Assembly (NCBI GenBank): GCA_041665545.1
Contig: JBAYIQ010000004.1
Span: forward strand, 18,132-82,131
Source of the DNA: Patescibacteria group bacterium
GTDB lineage: Bacteria; Patescibacteriota; Patescibacteriia; UBA1558; GWA2-36-10
Direction: 5' to 3'
DNA length: 64,000 nt
The notes under the pieces are model-generated. The model was given only the letters and a program-made list of their open reading frames with translations. It did no database searches and was not told the DNA's origin. Positions 62,752 to 64,000 of the stretch are shown piece after piece (position 1 is the first letter of the stretch; each line of letters starts with the position of its first letter). The position numbers and the translations under genes are program-made.

Positions 62752-64000
62752 CTATTTAATTTTTTCTAAATTACCCCAATTATCTCCAGTTTCTATATCA
62801 ACTACCAGTGGCACAGTCAAAGTATAAATATTTTCCATGCTGGTTTTGACAAAATTAGCCACTTTTTTTACGTCATTTTTTGGCACTTCCAAGACCAACT
62901 CATCATGAACTTGGAGTATTAGTCTACTTTGGGCACTAATTTTTGGCAAGCCAGCTTGGATGGCAATCATGGCCATTTTCATTAGATCGGCTGCTGTGCC
63001 TTGCAAAGGCATATTGATAGCCATGCGTTCGGCCGCTGATCGCAACATAGGCATAGAAGAGTGAATGTCTGGCAGGTAGCGACGTCGACCAAAGATGGTT
63101 TGAGCATAACCTTGCTGGTAGGCAATTTTTTTGCTGTCGTCAATGTAATCTTTAATTTTTTTGTAAATTGTAAAATATTTTTCTATAAATTCTTTGGCCT
63201 CAGTGCGACTCAAGCCCGTGCGCTGAGCCAGACCCAAAGAGCCCAAACCATAAAGAACACCAAAATTAACTTCTTTGGCTGTGCGGCGAATATCTTTGGT
63301 CACCGCAGTCAGTGGGATTTTGTGAATTTCAGCGGCAGTGCGAGCATGGATGTCTTCATTGTTTTGGAAACTGGCTAGCATTATCGGATCCTTGGACAAA
63401 GCAGCCGCCAAGCGCAGTTCTATTTGTGAATAATCAGCTGATAACAAAATAAAATTTTTGGGGGCCACAAAAGCTTTGCGAATTTCGCGTCCTAATTCGG
63501 TGCGAATAGGAATGTTTTGCAGATTAGGGTCAGAAGAAGATAAACGGCCAGTGGCTGTAATAGTCTGATTGAAGCTGGTATGCACGCGGTGAGTTTTTTG
63601 GTCAGCAATAGCTGGCAGGGCAATGATGTAGGTAGACTGGAGTTTAGTTAATTCACGGTATTCAATTATAAGTGGGATAATAGGGTGAGCGTCAAACATT
63701 TTATCCAATTCTTGGGCGGCAGTTGATAGGCCGGTTTTATTTTTTTTGATACCAACTATACTGATTTTCAAGTCCTCAAAAAGTATGGCTTTTAGTTGCA
63801 GGGGAGAAGAGATGTTAAACTCTTTACCGGCCAGATCATATATTTTTTGGCTGATTTTTTTTATTTCCGACTCAAATTTGACAGCCATTTTTTGTAAGAA
63901 AGGCACATCCAGTAAAATGCCATGTATTTCCATGTCAGCTAAGACTGGGATTAGAGGAATATCAATATTTTCTAGTAAATCAAAGTTTTTGTTGGTTTTG
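62752..64000 (-). CDS. polA: DNA polymerase I, C-terminal polymerase domain (N-terminal part outside window)
   Basis: Family A motifs: motif A region LLSADYSQIELRLAA, RRTAKEVNFGVLYG, and motif C VHDELVLEV. The reading frame continues open past 63933 to the window end. Confidence 0.85.
   Translation of the reverse strand, partial: KTNKNFDLLENIDIPLIPVLADMEIHGILLDVPFLQKMAVKFESEIKKISQKIYDLAGKEFNISSPLQLKAILFEDLKISIVGIKKNKTGLSTAAQELDKMFDAHPIIPLIIEYRELTKLQSTYIIALPAIADQKTHRVHTSFNQTITATGRLSSSDPNLQNIPIRTELGREIRKAFVAPKNFILLSADYSQIELRLAAALSKDPIMLASFQNNEDIHARTAAEIHKIPLTAVTKDIRRTAKEVNFGVLYGLGSLGLAQRTGLSRTEAKEFIEKYFTIYKKIKDYIDDSKKIAYQQGYAQTIFGRRRYLPDIHSSMPMLRSAAERMAINMPLQGTAADLMKMAMIAIQAGLPKISAQSRLILQVHDELVLEVPKNDVKKVANFVKTSMENIYTLTVPLVVDIETGDNWGNLEKIK

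Noticed and set aside
1-64000. CRISPR arrays, rRNA genes, integrases, transposases, reverse transcriptases (DGR/retron)
   Set aside because: No regularly spaced short direct repeats, no rRNA-like conserved blocks and no integrase, transposase or RT-like ORFs were found. The only mobile-looking features are non-autonomous palindromic elements.

Overview
Most of this 64 kb window is low-GC (roughly 35-40%) bacterial chromosome with short intergenic regions and compact operons. Small genes, a FemAB-family gene, TrbC/VirB2-like pilin paralogs and many hypothetical membrane proteins suggest a Candidate Phyla Radiation (CPR)-like or similar reduced genome; this is inference only. The window spans the replication-origin neighbourhood (rpmH-rnpA-yidD-yidC on the minus strand, then dnaA-dnaN). 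Housekeeping genes I recognise with confidence are ssb, rnhB, gdh, trxB, trxA, ruvA, rpoB, rpoC, ftsK, recA, galU, yebC, ruvC, two glgA paralogs, tyrS, a class A PBP, uvrB, truB, rpsT, holA, a polA fragment and a tRNA-Arg(CCU).

Five features are not explained by ordinary housekeeping content.

1. There are five short high-GC islets (about 50-60% GC against a roughly 37% background) at about 2.15-2.9 kb, 7.86-9.36 kb, 15.7-16.3 kb, 39.2-40.0 kb and 57.7-58.3 kb. Each is a self-contained expression cassette with an ORF, a Shine-Dalgarno sequence and its own hairpin terminator. Four of the six cassette genes sit behind a textbook sigma70 promoter (TTGACA-N17-TATAAT or TATAAA). The cargo is a C39-like peptidase lipoprotein, a small two-helix membrane protein, three unknowns and a frameshifted nucleoside 2-deoxyribosyltransferase-like gene. 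The 7.86-9.36 kb islet is flanked by two copies of one palindromic miniature inverted-repeat transposable element (MITE) and abuts the 3' end of tRNA-Arg.

2. A dispersed inverted-repeat element with 13-16 bp arms (CCCGTTAGAAATT ... AATTTCTAACGGG) brackets 75-150 bp AT-rich segments. Four of the five copies end exactly at the start codon of carbohydrate-metabolism genes (galU, a GH57-like gene, a kinase-like gene). The two arms show compensatory substitutions.

3. A putative pilus and surface-glycosylation locus is laid out as a Wzx-like flippase, an O-antigen-ligase/PglL-like protein, galU, a lipoprotein resembling a solute-binding protein, and four tandem TrbC/VirB2-like pilin paralogs. One paralog carries a 10-cysteine C-terminal domain. 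Two large integral-membrane proteins, possibly GT-C-fold glycosyltransferases, lie downstream.

4. A 104 bp perfect direct repeat carries the last ~29 codons of tyrS plus the intergenic sequence and start codon. It brackets an inserted membrane-protein gene.

5. At least two families of GC-rich palindromic MITE-like elements are present, along with a dense hairpin cluster next to a CsoR-like regulator. That regulator lacks the canonical Cu ligands and heads a trxA-trxB-gdh-rnhB gene string.

No CRISPR array, rRNA, integrase or transposase was seen. My hand-read coordinates can be off by 1-2 nt locally, because my reading of the printed lines and the ORF track disagree by one base in places (around 7320, 7923 and 40043). 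ORF-track coordinates were used where available.
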